A stretch of DNA of 35,672 nt. It comes from Desulfobacterales bacterium (GTDB lineage Bacteria > Desulfobacterota > Desulfobacteria > Desulfobacterales > JAFDMD01). Position 1 is the stretch's first letter. Each line of letters starts with the position of its first letter. The notes beneath the pieces were generated by a model. The model did not search any database and was not told where the DNA came from. It saw only the letters and a program-made list of their open reading frames with translations. The stretch covers positions 1-35,672 of the forward strand of contig JAOZTP010000003.1 of assembly GCA_029939135.1 (NCBI GenBank), given 5' to 3'. A program made the position numbers and the translations under genes. Below, in pieces: positions 10,710 through 21,400 of this stretch.

Positions 10710-11738
10710 TTATTGCAGGCTTTTTAATGTTTTTTGGGTAAAGTTGATTATTTCTTTTCCGTTAAACCCTTTTTCAGCCAATTCTTTTTGATAAGCCTCT
10801 ATGATGGGTAGAGCCGCTTTTCTCCATTTTTCGGCTTCTTTTTTATCTATTCCTATTATTTGATTGCCTTCGTTTAAAAAGAATTTTATGCCTTCCACAT
10901 CGCTTGCGTCCCATGCTTGCCCATGTTTCTCCGCCCATTCGATATTAATTTCTTCTATGATTTTTTTGGCGTTATCCGGCAAAGAGTTCCATTTGTCTTT
11001 ATTCATCACCACAAAAAATACCGTAGTATATGCGCATGAAAATGCGGCGGTAGAATAATCAGTTACCTCTCCGAGTTTCCATCCTTTGTTTGATTCCAAA
11101 GGATACATGCCGCCGTCAACTGTTCCTTTTTGTATGCTTTGGTATGCTTCTGGCATTGGAGTGGCTACGGGAGTCGCTCCAAGCGCTCGAACAAGCGCTG
11201 CGCTGTTGCCGGTAGCTCTTAATTTAACGCCTTTTAGGTCTTCAAGTTTTTTTATCGGCTTTTTTTTGGTATGGATCAGTCCTGGTCCATGAGCATGGAA
11301 GTATAAAATTTTGGTATCGTCAAATTCTTTAGGCTGAAATTTTTTATAGATTTCGTTTGCAACTTTTGTGGCGGCAATTCCGCTGGTATAGCCGAGAGGA
11401 AGATCAACCGTTCCTAAAACGGGAAATCTGCCTTTTGAATATGCAAGAACCGAAAATCCTATATCCGAAAGCCCTTCTACTACTCCGTCGTAGCACTGAT
11501 TGGCTTTTGTGAGGGTTTGCCCCGGATAGTATTGAATTTTAACCTGTCCGTTTGTTTTTTTTTCAACCTCTTTGCACCATTGTTCCGCAAGCTGCGATTG
11601 AATGTGGGTCGGAGGGAAAAAATTGCTGTATGTAAATGTAAGGGTTTTTTCGGAGGCGGCGGTTGAATAGGTTGTAAAAAAACCGGTTATAAAGAATAGA
11701 ATTAGTAAAGATGTAAAGATTGTTGTTAATTTTTTCAT
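10710..11738 (-). CDS. dctP: TRAP transporter substrate-binding protein
   Basis: Signal peptide, YPGQTL, PIKKLEDLKGVKLR, ALGATPV, EAYQSIQKGTVDG and VVMNKDKWNSLP motifs. Confidence 0.95.
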   Translation of the reverse strand: MKKLTTIFTSLLILFFITGFFTTYSTAASEKTLTFTYSNFFPPTHIQSQLAEQWCKEVEKKTNGQVKIQYYPGQTLTKANQCYDGVVEGLSDIGFSVLAYSKGRFPVLGTVDLPLGYTSGIAATKVANEIYKKFQPKEFDDTKILYFHAHGPGLIHTKKKPIKKLEDLKGVKLRATGNSAALVRALGATPVATPMPEAYQSIQKGTVDGGMYPLESNKGWKLGEVTDYSTAAFSCAYTTVFFVVMNKDKWNSLPDNAKKIIEEINIEWAEKHGQAWDASDVEGIKFFLNEGNQIIGIDKKEAEKWRKAALPIIEAYQKELAEKGFNGKEIINFTQKTLKSLQ

Positions 11739-11880
11739 TGTTTTGTTTCCCGCTTATTTTGTTTTCTTATAAAAAAGTTTTCTTTTGCCAGATGTGAATT
11801 CTGAAATAGTATTGAACTGCAATGAAGATTTTTTCCGCTATTAATTTAAGCGTAATGAAACCTTTTTCATAAGGCATTAT

Positions 11881-11914
11881 AACCGCCGTTATAATACTGC
11901 TTATAACGGCGGTT
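11881..11914. terminator. Hairpin downstream of ygeY and upstream of dctP; possible terminator
   Basis: 14-bp perfect stem aaccgccgttataa-tactgc-ttataacggcggtt. The U-tract on the minus strand is weak. Confidence 0.5.
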
Positions 11915-11986
11915 TTATATCTTGTTTTCTCGGTTGCGGTTTATTTAAAGGAGTATTCGGCGCAAGTATGAGTCGGGTCGGGATAA

Positions 11987-13192
11987 TTAGTCTGAAATGG
12001 TTAAATAAACGTTAGGCAAAGCCGCATAAAGAGCTGCGCATTTTACAAGGTCTTCTTTCCATGTTTTCTCATTCGGGGCATGCGCTTCCGCCTCTTTTCC
12101 GGGTCCAAAACCTATGGTGGGGATGCCGAACATGCCTGTTATGGCAACTCCGTTTGTAGAGAATGTCCATTTGTCTATTCTCGGCTCTTTATTAAATAGG
12201 TTTTTGTATGTTTTAACTACCGCCTCGCATGCCGTATTCTTTTCTTCCGTTATCCAAGAAGGAAAATAGCACTCCGTAGGATAAACGAAACCTGTATATG
12301 ACGGTTTTTGATATTTATATAATTCAACTTTTGCTCCGGCTTTTTTTACGGAGGTCAATTCTTTTATTTGGTTTAAAGCTAATTTTTTATTTTCTCCTTT
12401 TGTAAGGCGTCTATCGATCGATATGCTGCATTCGTCTGCAACAGCGCATCTTGACGGAGAAGAAAAAAATATTTCGGATACCGTAAGGGAGCCTTTGCCT
12501 AAAAATTTATCTTCCGCCAGCTTTGTATGAAGCTCTTGCAGCTCGATGAGTATCGGAGCCATTTTAAATATGGCGTTGTCTCCTCGTTCTGGAGCGGAAC
12601 CATGAGCGCTTATTCCAGAAGTTGAAACTTTTATTTCCATTCTTCCTCTTTGTCCTCTATAGACGCCGCCGTCCGTAGGTTCGGTTGAGACGACAAATTC
12701 CGGTTCTATCCCGAGCTCTTTAATAATATACTGCCAGCAAAGCCCGTCGCAGTCTTCTTCTTGAACCGAGCCTACCATAATAAGAGTATAATCATCTTGC
12801 AGGCCGAGCTCTTTTATTATTTTGCCCGCATAAACCATTGACGCCATACCGCCTTCCTGATCGCTGGCGCCCCTACCTACTATGATGTTATCATCTTCGT
12901 ATCCTTTATAAGGATCATATTTCCAATTTGCGACATTTCCTATTCCTACAGTATCAATATGGGCGTCGTAGGCTATTATTTTTTTGCCGTTTCCTATGGT
13001 TCCGTGGATGTTTCCCATTTTGTCTATTTTGGTTTTATCAAAGCCGACTTTTTCCATCTCTTCTTTGATGCGTAAAACCACTTTTTTTTCATCTCCGCTT
13101 TCGCTAGGGATGCTTATCATATCTCTTAAAAATCGGGACATATCTTTTTTATACGCCTCCGCCTTTAGTTTGATTTCATTAAAGTCTAACAA
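11987..13192 (-). CDS. ygeY: YgeY-family M20 metallohydrolase (selenium metabolism-linked family)
   Basis: [43 protein letters not shown] and AHAPNE motifs. Confidence 0.9.
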   Translation of the reverse strand: MLDFNEIKLKAEAYKKDMSRFLRDMISIPSESGDEKKVVLRIKEEMEKVGFDKTKIDKMGNIHGTIGNGKKIIAYDAHIDTVGIGNVANWKYDPYKGYEDDNIIVGRGASDQEGGMASMVYAGKIIKELGLQDDYTLIMVGSVQEEDCDGLCWQYIIKELGIEPEFVVSTEPTDGGVYRGQRGRMEIKVSTSGISAHGSAPERGDNAIFKMAPILIELQELHTKLAEDKFLGKGSLTVSEIFFSSPSRCAVADECSISIDRRLTKGENKKLALNQIKELTSVKKAGAKVELYKYQKPSYTGFVYPTECYFPSWITEEKNTACEAVVKTYKNLFNKEPRIDKWTFSTNGVAITGMFGIPTIGFGPGKEAEAHAPNEKTWKEDLVKCAALYAALPNVYLTISD

Positions 13193-13440
13193 TTACTACC
13201 TCCGAACTTTTCAGTTGCATTTTACTATTAAAAGATTAAAAACCAATTCTTTTGTTGCTTTATCGTTAATAGATTGTCTGAATTTTTTTCGCAAACCCTT
13301 TTATTATAAAACCAATAGAATTGCAAATATAGATTTTTATTTTTTTAAAAATAAAAATCTATATTGACTATATCTGTTATTATGTAAAAAATAATAATAA
13401 AATTCGTCTTATTTTTTAATTCCGTAATAAAAGATTTTTT

Positions 13441-15591
13441 ATGATTAGAATAACCGACATATTAGATAAAATTCAACAATATAATCCGAAAGCGGATCTT
13501 AATATTATAGATAAAGCTTATATTTTTTCCGCGCGCTCTCATGCAGGGCAGGTAAGACTCTCTGGCGAACCTTATCTTTCTCATCCGTTGGAGGTGGCGG
13601 GTATTCTTGCGGATATGAAGTTAGACACAGTTAGTATAGCGGCAGGTCTTCTTCATGACGTTATAGAGGATTCCAAAGCCGAAAAGAAGGAGATAGCCGA
13701 GATTTTCGGAGCAGAAGCGGCGCATATCGTAGAAGGCGTTACAAAATTAAGCAAATTGAAATTTAGCAGCGCTCAAGAAAGAGAAGCCGAAAGCATAAGA
13801 AAGATGATTCTTGCAATGGCTGACGATATAAGGGTTATATTGATTAAGCTTGCAGACCGTATTCATAACATGAGAACTTTGGATTATCATCCTACGGAGA
13901 AGAAAAAAAAGAAGATAGCCAAAGAAACTCTTGATATTTACGCTCCTATTACGGCAAGGCTAGGCATTAAGTGGATGAAGATAGAGTTGGAAGATACGGC
14001 TTTTAAATATCTTCAGCCGGAAGAATATGCGATGATTAAGAGTATGGTCGTTAAGAGTAAAGAGGAAAGAAAGGAATATGTAGAAAAAGTAAAAGGTTTA
14101 ATTGAAAAGAAAATAGAGGCGGCGGGTTTGAAATGCGAGGTTCTCGGAAGATTTAAATATTTTTACAGTATATATAATAAGATGGCTCAGCAGAATCTCG
14201 AATTTGAAGAGGTGTATGATATAATAGCTTTTAGGATTATATTGGATACGGTTCATCAGTGTTATGAAGCTTTGGGTATTATTCATTCTCTTTGGAAGCC
14301 TATTCCGAAAAAATTTAAAGATTATATAGGGTCTCCGAAACCTAATATGTATCAGTCTCTTCATACTACGGTTGTAGGTCCTTACGGAGAAAGAGCGGAG
14401 ATACAGATAAGAACAAGGGAGATGGACGAAACCGCAAGACTCGGCATTGCGGCTCATTGGAGTTATAAAGAAGGAGTAAGGGGGGACGAAAAAACCGAAA
14501 AAGCTTATGCGTGGCTGCAAGAGATTATAGAAAATCAGAAGAATATAAAAGATTCTAATGAGTTTATGGAGAATATAAAGATAGATCTTTTTCCGGACGA
14601 GGTCTATATTTTTACTCCTATGGGCGAAATAAAATCTTTTCCTAAAGGATCCACTCCGATTGACTTTGCCTATTCGATTCATACGGAGGTAGGCAACGAA
14701 TGCGTAGGCGCTAAAATAAACGGTAGGATGGTTCCTTTAAAGTATGAGCTTAATACCGGAGATATTGTTACTATTTCAACAAAAAAAGGCGGTAAACCGA
14801 GTAAAGACTGGCTTGGGTTTGTAAAAACCGTCCGAGCTCGTTCCAAGATAAGACAAAGCATTAAAACTGAAGAAAGGGAAAGAAGCGTTACATTAGGCAG
14901 AGAGATGTGCGAAAAGCTTTTTAGGAAAAATAAGCTTAACTTTAATTCTTTTGCCAAATCGGAAGATATGGAAAAGGCGGTTGAAACTTTAGGGTTTAAA
15001 ACTTTAGATGATTTAATAGCAAGCGTAGGTTACGGCAAAACAACTTCTGCTCAGATAATCGGAAGGCTTCAAGCCATTGACGAAGCAAAGAACGAGGATA
15101 AACAGGACGCTATTTTAAGCAAGGTAGCGGAGCGTCCTAAAAAAAGAAAGGATAAAAGCGGAATAATCGTAAAAGGGTTAGACGATATTCTTATTAGATT
15201 CGGAAATTGCTGCCAGCCCGTTCCAGGGGAGCCTATTGTAGGTTATATTACGCGCGGATACGGGGTTACAATACACAGAGCCGATTGCGTTCATGCCTTG
15301 AATATGAATCCGGAAAGACAAATCGAAGCGGATTGGGGCAAAGAGGATAAGCGGGGAAGGTATCCCGCAAAATTAAAGATTGTATCTTACGACAGAGTAG
15401 GGCTACTTGCAGACCTTACGGCAGGTATGAAGAAAAATGATTCTTCGATAGAGGATATTAAAATATATAAATATCCTAATAAAACGGCGGATTGTATTTT
15501 TTTTATAATGGTTAGAGATAACAAGCATTTAAAGGAGATAATGGCGGATCTTAAAAGAGTTAAGGCTGTGCAGCATGTTCGCAGATTATAA
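13441..15591 (+). CDS. relA: Bifunctional (p)ppGpp synthetase/hydrolase Rel (RelA/SpoT)
   Basis: Intact HD hydrolase motif (LLHDVIED), synthetase motifs KPNMYQSLHT and EIQIRT, TGS (DFAYSIHT), ZFD (CCQPVPG) and C-terminal ACT domain. Confidence 0.96.
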   Translation: MIRITDILDKIQQYNPKADLNIIDKAYIFSARSHAGQVRLSGEPYLSHPLEVAGILADMKLDTVSIAAGLLHDVIEDSKAEKKEIAEIFGAEAAHIVEGVTKLSKLKFSSAQEREAESIRKMILAMADDIRVILIKLADRIHNMRTLDYHPTEKKKKKIAKETLDIYAPITARLGIKWMKIELEDTAFKYLQPEEYAMIKSMVVKSKEERKEYVEKVKGLIEKKIEAAGLKCEVLGRFKYFYSIYNKMAQQNLEFEEVYDIIAFRIILDTVHQCYEALGIIHSLWKPIPKKFKDYIGSPKPNMYQSLHTTVVGPYGERAEIQIRTREMDETARLGIAAHWSYKEGVRGDEKTEKAYAWLQEIIENQKNIKDSNEFMENIKIDLFPDEVYIFTPMGEIKSFPKGSTPIDFAYSIHTEVGNECVGAKINGRMVPLKYELNTGDIVTISTKKGGKPSKDWLGFVKTVRARSKIRQSIKTEERERSVTLGREMCEKLFRKNKLNFNSFAKSEDMEKAVETLGFKTLDDLIASVGYGKTTSAQIIGRLQAIDEAKNEDKQDAILSKVAERPKKRKDKSGIIVKGLDDILIRFGNCCQPVPGEPIVGYITRGYGVTIHRADCVHALNMNPERQIEADWGKEDKRGRYPAKLKIVSYDRVGLLADLTAGMKKNDSSIEDIKIYKYPNKTADCIFFIMVRDNKHLKEIMADLKRVKAVQHVRRL

Positions 15592-15625
15592 CTTTGTAAC
15601 CGGCAACATAATAAGGAGTAAGTTT

Positions 15626-15757
15626 ATGAGAAAAAATTTGGATTATATTATTTCAATTGCCTGTGTATTCTGTTTATGTCATTCCATAAATGCAATAAAT
15701 GAGATAATAGCCGATATTAAAAGGGTTAAGGACGCGCAGTATGTCCGAAGGCTCTGA
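15626..15757 (+). pseudogene. 43-aa chimeric ORF: signal-peptide-like N-terminus fused to a diverged duplicate of the Rel C-terminus
   Basis: RBS aaggag at 15613-15618, ATG at 15626. It ends EIIADIKRVKDAQYVRRL*, versus Rel EIMADLKRVKAVQHVRRL*. Confidence 0.55.
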
Positions 15758-15767
15758 TTGGCTATAC

Positions 15768-16046
15768 TTAAATTTTGCCGTTATATAAATCCCATATCGG
15801 AAAAATCAGGTCGTAATCGTTCCAATTCAGATTGCCGTCAATTATTTTGAAATTGGTAAAATAATTTTTGTCTGTATACTTTTTAATCGAAGGATGAATT
15901 GATTTTGATAGGAAAGGTTTAAAATCAACTAATCTTGCTGTTCCGTCGCTGAATTTTATTTTGATGACAAAATCGGAAAGACATTGAGCGGAATCCACTT
16001 TTAAAATTTCATTATTCGTTTCTTTGTAATTAACTGATATTTTCAT
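15768..16046 (-). CDS. DUF2442-family protein (putative antitoxin)
   Basis: IKFSDGTARLVDFKPFL, F.IIDGNLNWNDYDL. The start at 16046 overlaps the upstream stop (ATGA). Confidence 0.8.
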   Translation of the reverse strand: MKISVNYKETNNEILKVDSAQCLSDFVIKIKFSDGTARLVDFKPFLSKSIHPSIKKYTDKNYFTNFKIIDGNLNWNDYDLIFPIWDLYNGKI

Positions 16047-16237
16047 TTTATTCTTTTTGAAATACGTTCGCATTTAATACCTTTATGATATACAAAATAA
16101 TCAATCCATTTTTCAATCAAGCGGAGCGACTCCGCTTTATTCTCAAATTCGCTTTTTTTTGCATGGACATGGATTGGTTCATGTTCGTTTGAGTAAAAAA
16201 AAATTAAAATTCAAAAATATTCAAAAATTTTTGGCAT
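16043..16237 (-). pseudogene. DUF4160-family (putative toxin) pseudogene
   Basis: Manual translation: MPKIFEYF*ILIFFYSNEHEPIHVHAKKSEFENKAESLRLIEKWIDYFVYHKGIKCERISKRIK*. It carries the NEHEPIHVH signature, an in-frame TGA at codon 9 (16211-16213), and appears internally shortened. Confidence 0.8.
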
Positions 16238-16302
16238 ATTTTTTTTTGCAAGATTAGAAATTTTTAAATAATTATGTATTCGATTACTTAAAAATAAATT
16301 TA

Positions 16303-17487
16303 TTAAGTTCTATAATCCGCATTTATTTTTACATAATCAACCGATAAATCACAGGTATATACGGTTTCGGAAGCTTCGCCTCCCATGTTTATATCAAGCA
16401 GAATAACAAATTCGTTTTTTTTAATAATTTCCGAAGCCTGTTTCTCCGCCTCCTCGCCGCAAGGCTGAGAGTTTTCCATTATCATAACATCGTTAAAAAA
16501 TAGGTCTATACGGTTCGGGTTAAAGTTTACTCCGGCTCGTCCTGCTGCGGCAAGTATTCGTCCCCAGTTTGCATCCTCTCCGAAAACGGCGGTTTTAACC
16601 AAAGGAGAGCTTGCTATTACGTCTGCTATTTTTTTTGCATCGTCTCTTGTAAGCGCCCCGACTACTTTTATTTCAATAAGTTTTGTAGCGCCCTCTCCGT
16701 CTTTAACAATTTTTTTTGCAAGGGTTAATAATATTTCGTTAAGACTTTTTTCAAAAGCCTTTTTTACTTCCTTATTATCTACGCTTAACCCTGAATCTCC
16801 GTTTGCAAGAAGTAAAACCGTATCGTTTGTGCTTGTATCTCCGTCTATCGTAACTTTATGGAAAGAGTTTGCTATGGCGTTATTTAATATTGTTTTAAGT
16901 TGATCCTGTTCCGCTTTAATATCCGTACATACAAAGCAGAGCATAGTAGCCATATCGGGATGTATCATTCCGGCTCCTTTTGCCGCGCCGGAAACGGTAA
17001 AAGATACGCCGTTTATTTTTTTTGATACGGACGCCAGTTTAAAAACCGTATCCGTAGTCATTATAGCTTCCGCAAGATTTTTGCCGTTGGAATCATTTAA
17101 ATTTTCTACAAGTTTCGGTATTGCACATTTAATTTTTTCTTTGGGAAAGGGCTGCCCTATTACTCCGGTTGAAGATATAAAAATTAAACTCGAATCGATT
17201 TGCAGGCGTAAGGCAAGAGAATTTATAACATCTAAAGCGTCTTGCAGCCCTTTTTTGCCGGTGCAGCAGTTGGCGTTTTTACTATTTATAATAACCGCTT
17301 GAGCATAACCCGCTTTTATTTTTTCAATATTGATAATTACCGGAGCGGCTTTTACAATGTTTTTTGTAAAGACTCCCGCAATAGAAGCCGGAGTTTTGCT
17401 ATATATTAAGCCCAAATCCTTTTTGTCGTCTTCTTTAAGCCCAGCGCTTATTCCGGCGGTTAAAAATCCAGGACAAAATTTACTCAT
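16303..17487 (-). CDS. argJ: Bifunctional ornithine acetyltransferase/N-acetylglutamate synthase
   Basis: NSKNANCCTG, STGVIG, IMTTDT, KGAGMIHPDMATML (autocleavage Thr), DGDTSTND, DGEGATK and NADYRT motifs. Confidence 0.97.
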   Translation of the reverse strand: MSKFCPGFLTAGISAGLKEDDKKDLGLIYSKTPASIAGVFTKNIVKAAPVIINIEKIKAGYAQAVIINSKNANCCTGKKGLQDALDVINSLALRLQIDSSLIFISSTGVIGQPFPKEKIKCAIPKLVENLNDSNGKNLAEAIMTTDTVFKLASVSKKINGVSFTVSGAAKGAGMIHPDMATMLCFVCTDIKAEQDQLKTILNNAIANSFHKVTIDGDTSTNDTVLLLANGDSGLSVDNKEVKKAFEKSLNEILLTLAKKIVKDGEGATKLIEIKVVGALTRDDAKKIADVIASSPLVKTAVFGEDANWGRILAAAGRAGVNFNPNRIDLFFNDVMIMENSQPCGEEAEKQASEIIKKNEFVILLDINMGGEASETVYTCDLSVDYVKINADYRT

Positions 17488-18197
17488 TATATTTCGCCTT
17501 TCAAATATTTTTTTCTTTTATTCTCTTCAAATTTTTCTATGGCATATCGAAGCATTGTTCGCGGCATACTTTTGTATTGATTTTTTAAAAAAAATTCTTC
17601 GGTTTCAAGGCTTCGTTTGCCTACCTCCCTTATTGTCCAACCTACCGCCTTATGAATAAGATCCTCTTTATCCGTCAATAATATATCCGATATGTTTAAG
17701 GCGTCTTCAAAGCTATTCTTTTTAATAAAATGATGGGTTGATATTATTGAAATTCTCCGCTCCCATAAATCTTTTGATAGAGCGAGATCATAAAGCGGTT
17801 TTTTATCTTTATCCTCCAAATAAGCGCCCGCTATATTAGAAGCGGATATATCGACTATATCCCAGTTATTTATAAATTCGGTATTGTTAAGATAAAATTT
17901 GTATATGGTTTTTTTTATATTTTCGTCTCCTTTTTTAAAAGCGTTTATTATTATTAAAACGGCAAGAAGACGCTGTTCATGATACTTTGAGTCAATAAGT
18001 TTCGATATATCGCTAATGGAAATATCTGGATATGTTTTGGCGATTTTTCTTAATACGGGAACTCTTATGCCGAAAAACTCATCTCCTTCTCCGTATTCTC
18101 CCTTTTTTGTTTTGAAAAATTTTAGAGCATGGAGAGCGATTTTTTTATCTCCGGTTTTTTCAAGTTCCATTTTTATCTTTGTTACTATCGCGCTCAT
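17487..18197 (-). CDS. DNA alkylation repair protein (AlkD-like HEAT-repeat family)
   Basis: FFKTKKGEYGEGDEFFGIRVP, INNWDIVD, LWERRISI, LIHKAVGW and MPRTMLRYAIEKF motifs. Confidence 0.9.
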   Translation of the reverse strand: MSAIVTKIKMELEKTGDKKIALHALKFFKTKKGEYGEGDEFFGIRVPVLRKIAKTYPDISISDISKLIDSKYHEQRLLAVLIIINAFKKGDENIKKTIYKFYLNNTEFINNWDIVDISASNIAGAYLEDKDKKPLYDLALSKDLWERRISIISTHHFIKKNSFEDALNISDILLTDKEDLIHKAVGWTIREVGKRSLETEEFFLKNQYKSMPRTMLRYAIEKFEENKRKKYLKGEI

Positions 18198-18351
18198 ATT
18201 ATTTCCTTTTTTAATGAAAGTATTTAAAACGGATAACTGACATAATTATAAGATAATTGTCAAATATAATTATCTTTACTTAATTATTTTTTTTCCGTTT
18301 AACTATTTTTCGACAAACAGGTTTCGTCCAACATATAACTATAAAATTAGT

Positions 18352-18380
18352 TTGACAATAAATTAAGAATACTTGATAAT
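18352..18380 (+). promoter_or_regulatory. Putative sigma70 promoter of the giant fibre gene
   Basis: TTGACA (18352-18357), 17-nt spacer, GATAAT (18375-18380); about 115 nt upstream of the ATG at 18494. Confidence 0.55.
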
Positions 18381-18493
18381 TATGCAAAAGGATATTTTTT
18401 TGCTTCTCTTTGTTTGAGTTGACGCCTTTGATCTTGAATCGGAATCGTTTTATGAATTCGCATTAAAATTTTTTTTAAGGATTGGAGGATACT

Positions 18494-21400
18494 ATGAAGA
18501 AGTTCTTCATATGTTTCATAAGCATGCTGTTTATATTTTTATTATTTAACATATATGCCCAAGCTGCAAAAAATAACAATGAGAATAAAACGCCTTCATC
18601 CACAACGGATAAGCCGAAGCCCGAGCTGCCCTATTTGCCTAAAATCAAACCTTTAAAATCAAAGATTTTTAAAAAAACCTCTCTTGAAATAGCGGCGTTG
18701 AAAAAAGCGGCTATCTCCTATTATGAAGAAACAGGCGCATGGCCACTTGACGCTGAAAGACTTAAAGCTTTTGGTCTTAAAAAATGGAACGGCAAAAGCT
18801 CTTGGGGAACGCCGATAAGCTTTTATGTGAAAAACGGAGAGTTTATAATATCTAATAAAGTGCCAGATAATTTACATGCGGCTTTTGAGGGTTTCGGAAG
18901 AATTGAAAAAGATAAAAAAACAGGAAAAGTTAATATACATATTGCCCCGCCGAATTCGATTCAAATTAGAGACAACGCCAAATTATTCGAACAGGATATA
19001 ATTATAAGCAAATCCGAGCCTATATTACGCTTGGAAGACACAAATATATCCGATCTAAACTTAACGGACTCAAATATATCCGATTCTAACCTATCAGACG
19101 CTAATAATTCCTTATCTGTTTTTATTATGAATAAAAATGGGGAGTTGGTTTTTTTAGACAATAAAAAGCTCCCTAATATTCGGGTAAAACAGAAAGGAGA
19201 TGTAGAAATAAAAGGAAACTTAAGCGCGGTTTCCAATAGCATCCGATTAAAAAATATCGAAAACGAGGGTTCCTCTCTTATAGAGATGGCGGACGCCGCT
19301 AATAAATATAAAGCCGTATTAAGAGTCGGGGACAAATACAAAAATGATAAAGAAGAGGTAATACCGGAAGGTTTTCAGATGGGCACCATCTCGAAGCATC
19401 CGGTAACTATGCTTGTAAACAATTCCCCGCGCGTTATTATAGATGAAGAGAATTTAAGCTCTCCGAATATTAACGCCATTAATATTCACTCTGGCAATAT
19501 TGCCGCAGATAATATCAAAATAAATAAAACAATAAACGGCGAAGATATTACCAAGCTTCTTGACGGGCTTATAGTTTTAATCAACTCTAAAGAGTTGTCC
19601 GACATTGTTAATAGAAACGTAAAACTTATGACCGAAACAAATATAGAGGACTATGCAATATCCATAGCCGGAACAAAAGCGCTTGTAGGCGATATAATTC
19701 CGGCGATATCAAGCAAATATATTATAGGCTCTTCAGCCCGCTCCTTTAAAGCGGGATATTTTGACAGTCTATACATTTCAGGCTCCTCGCTTTATATGGA
19801 CGGAGTAAAAGTGCTAAGCTCGGAAGGAGCGATTTTAAACGGCGACATTTCCGGCACAGGCGTTAAAGCCGTTATTGACGAAAATAATCCGAGCGATGTT
19901 AAACTTGCTTCCGAAAAAGCGATTACAGATTATGTCCAAGAGAAAGTCGCAAACATATCAGGCATTCCGGGCAAACTTCAACTCGGAGGAGATTTTATAA
20001 CTACCGGAGATATGACGCTTAATGTTATGGGCGGCGGAACAACCGAAATTACCCTTCCGGTAACCGGAACTTTGGCTACTCGCGAGTGGACGCTGGCGCA
20101 AAATTTATCAGCTAATATTGCCTTGTCCGATTTAACAAACGTAGCCGATAATCTGCCAGATACGGCGGGCAATATGTTAATATGGGATAACAGCGGAATA
20201 TTGCAAAGCAAAGCTTTAACAAGAGACGTATCCGTAAATCAATATGGCGTCGCTACGGTTAATAGCATAGACGGCGAACCTATAACTTTAGGCGGAGCTT
20301 TTGAAACTGTTAATCCGATAAAATTAGAGGCTTCAAAGGATGTAACCGTTAAAATAGAAGACAGCGGAACTCTTGCCACGCAGGCTTATGTAGTTAGTCA
20401 AATAGTAGGTTCCAATATGTCGGCGGCTACTACGTTGGCAAGTCTTACGGATACGGACATAACCGCTTCCGACTCTTCCGGCGATATAATAATATGGGAT
20501 GCCGGCAGCAATACATGGATTAACAAAAAAATTTCGCAGGATGTTAGCTTGGAAAAGACAGGCGCTGCAACGGTTACAAGCATAGGCGGAAAATCTATAA
20601 GTTTGGAAGCGCCATTTAAAACTACCGGCGATAAAATTATAGAGTTAAAGGCTTCCGCTCAAAACGTCATGCTTACAATAGAGGATACCGGCATTGTTGC
20701 AACCAAAGGATATGTAACGGAACAGATGAAAGATGTTATGCCTAACGAGATAAGCTCTCCTGTTACCGGCAATCTCGTAATTTGGGACGGAGACAAAAAT
20801 AAGTGGGTTAATAATTCGCTTTATCAGGACGTTAGTTTGGAAAAGGACGGCAAGGCAACGGTTACGCACATAGGCGGCAAGACTATAAGTTTGGGAGCGG
20901 GATTTAAAACTAACGGAGCCGGCGGCAATATAGAATTAAACGCATCCGCTCCGGTATCCGTTGAAATACACAGAAGCGGAGTATTGGCTACCATTGACGA
21001 CATTAACGATTATATTATAGCCGCAGGCGAGGCTGCGAGATTAGAAGATCTTACGGATGTCGCCATAACTACTTCCGGCGTTTCCGGCGATATAATAATA
21101 TGGGATGCCATAAGCAATAAATGGGTTAACAAAAAAGTTTATCAGGATGTTGAGTTGGCAAAAGACGGCAAAGCGACGGTTACGCACATAGGCGGCAAGT
21201 CTATAAGTTTGGGAGCGGGATTTAAAACTAATTGGGGCGGCAATATAGAATTGAACGCATCCGCTCCGGTATCCGTTGTAATAACAGACAGCGGGACACT
21301 TGCCACTAAAGAATATGTCGATAAAGAAATATTTGCCGCAAGCGGATCCGCCAAATTAAAAGATTTATCGGATACGGTTATTTCTGATACAATAAGCGCC

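Noticed and set aside
16211-16213. In-frame TGA as selenocysteine or recoded Gly/Trp
   Set aside because: It is not a Cys-type position, no SECIS-like hairpin follows directly, other genes here end in TGA, and the gene shows further signs of decay.
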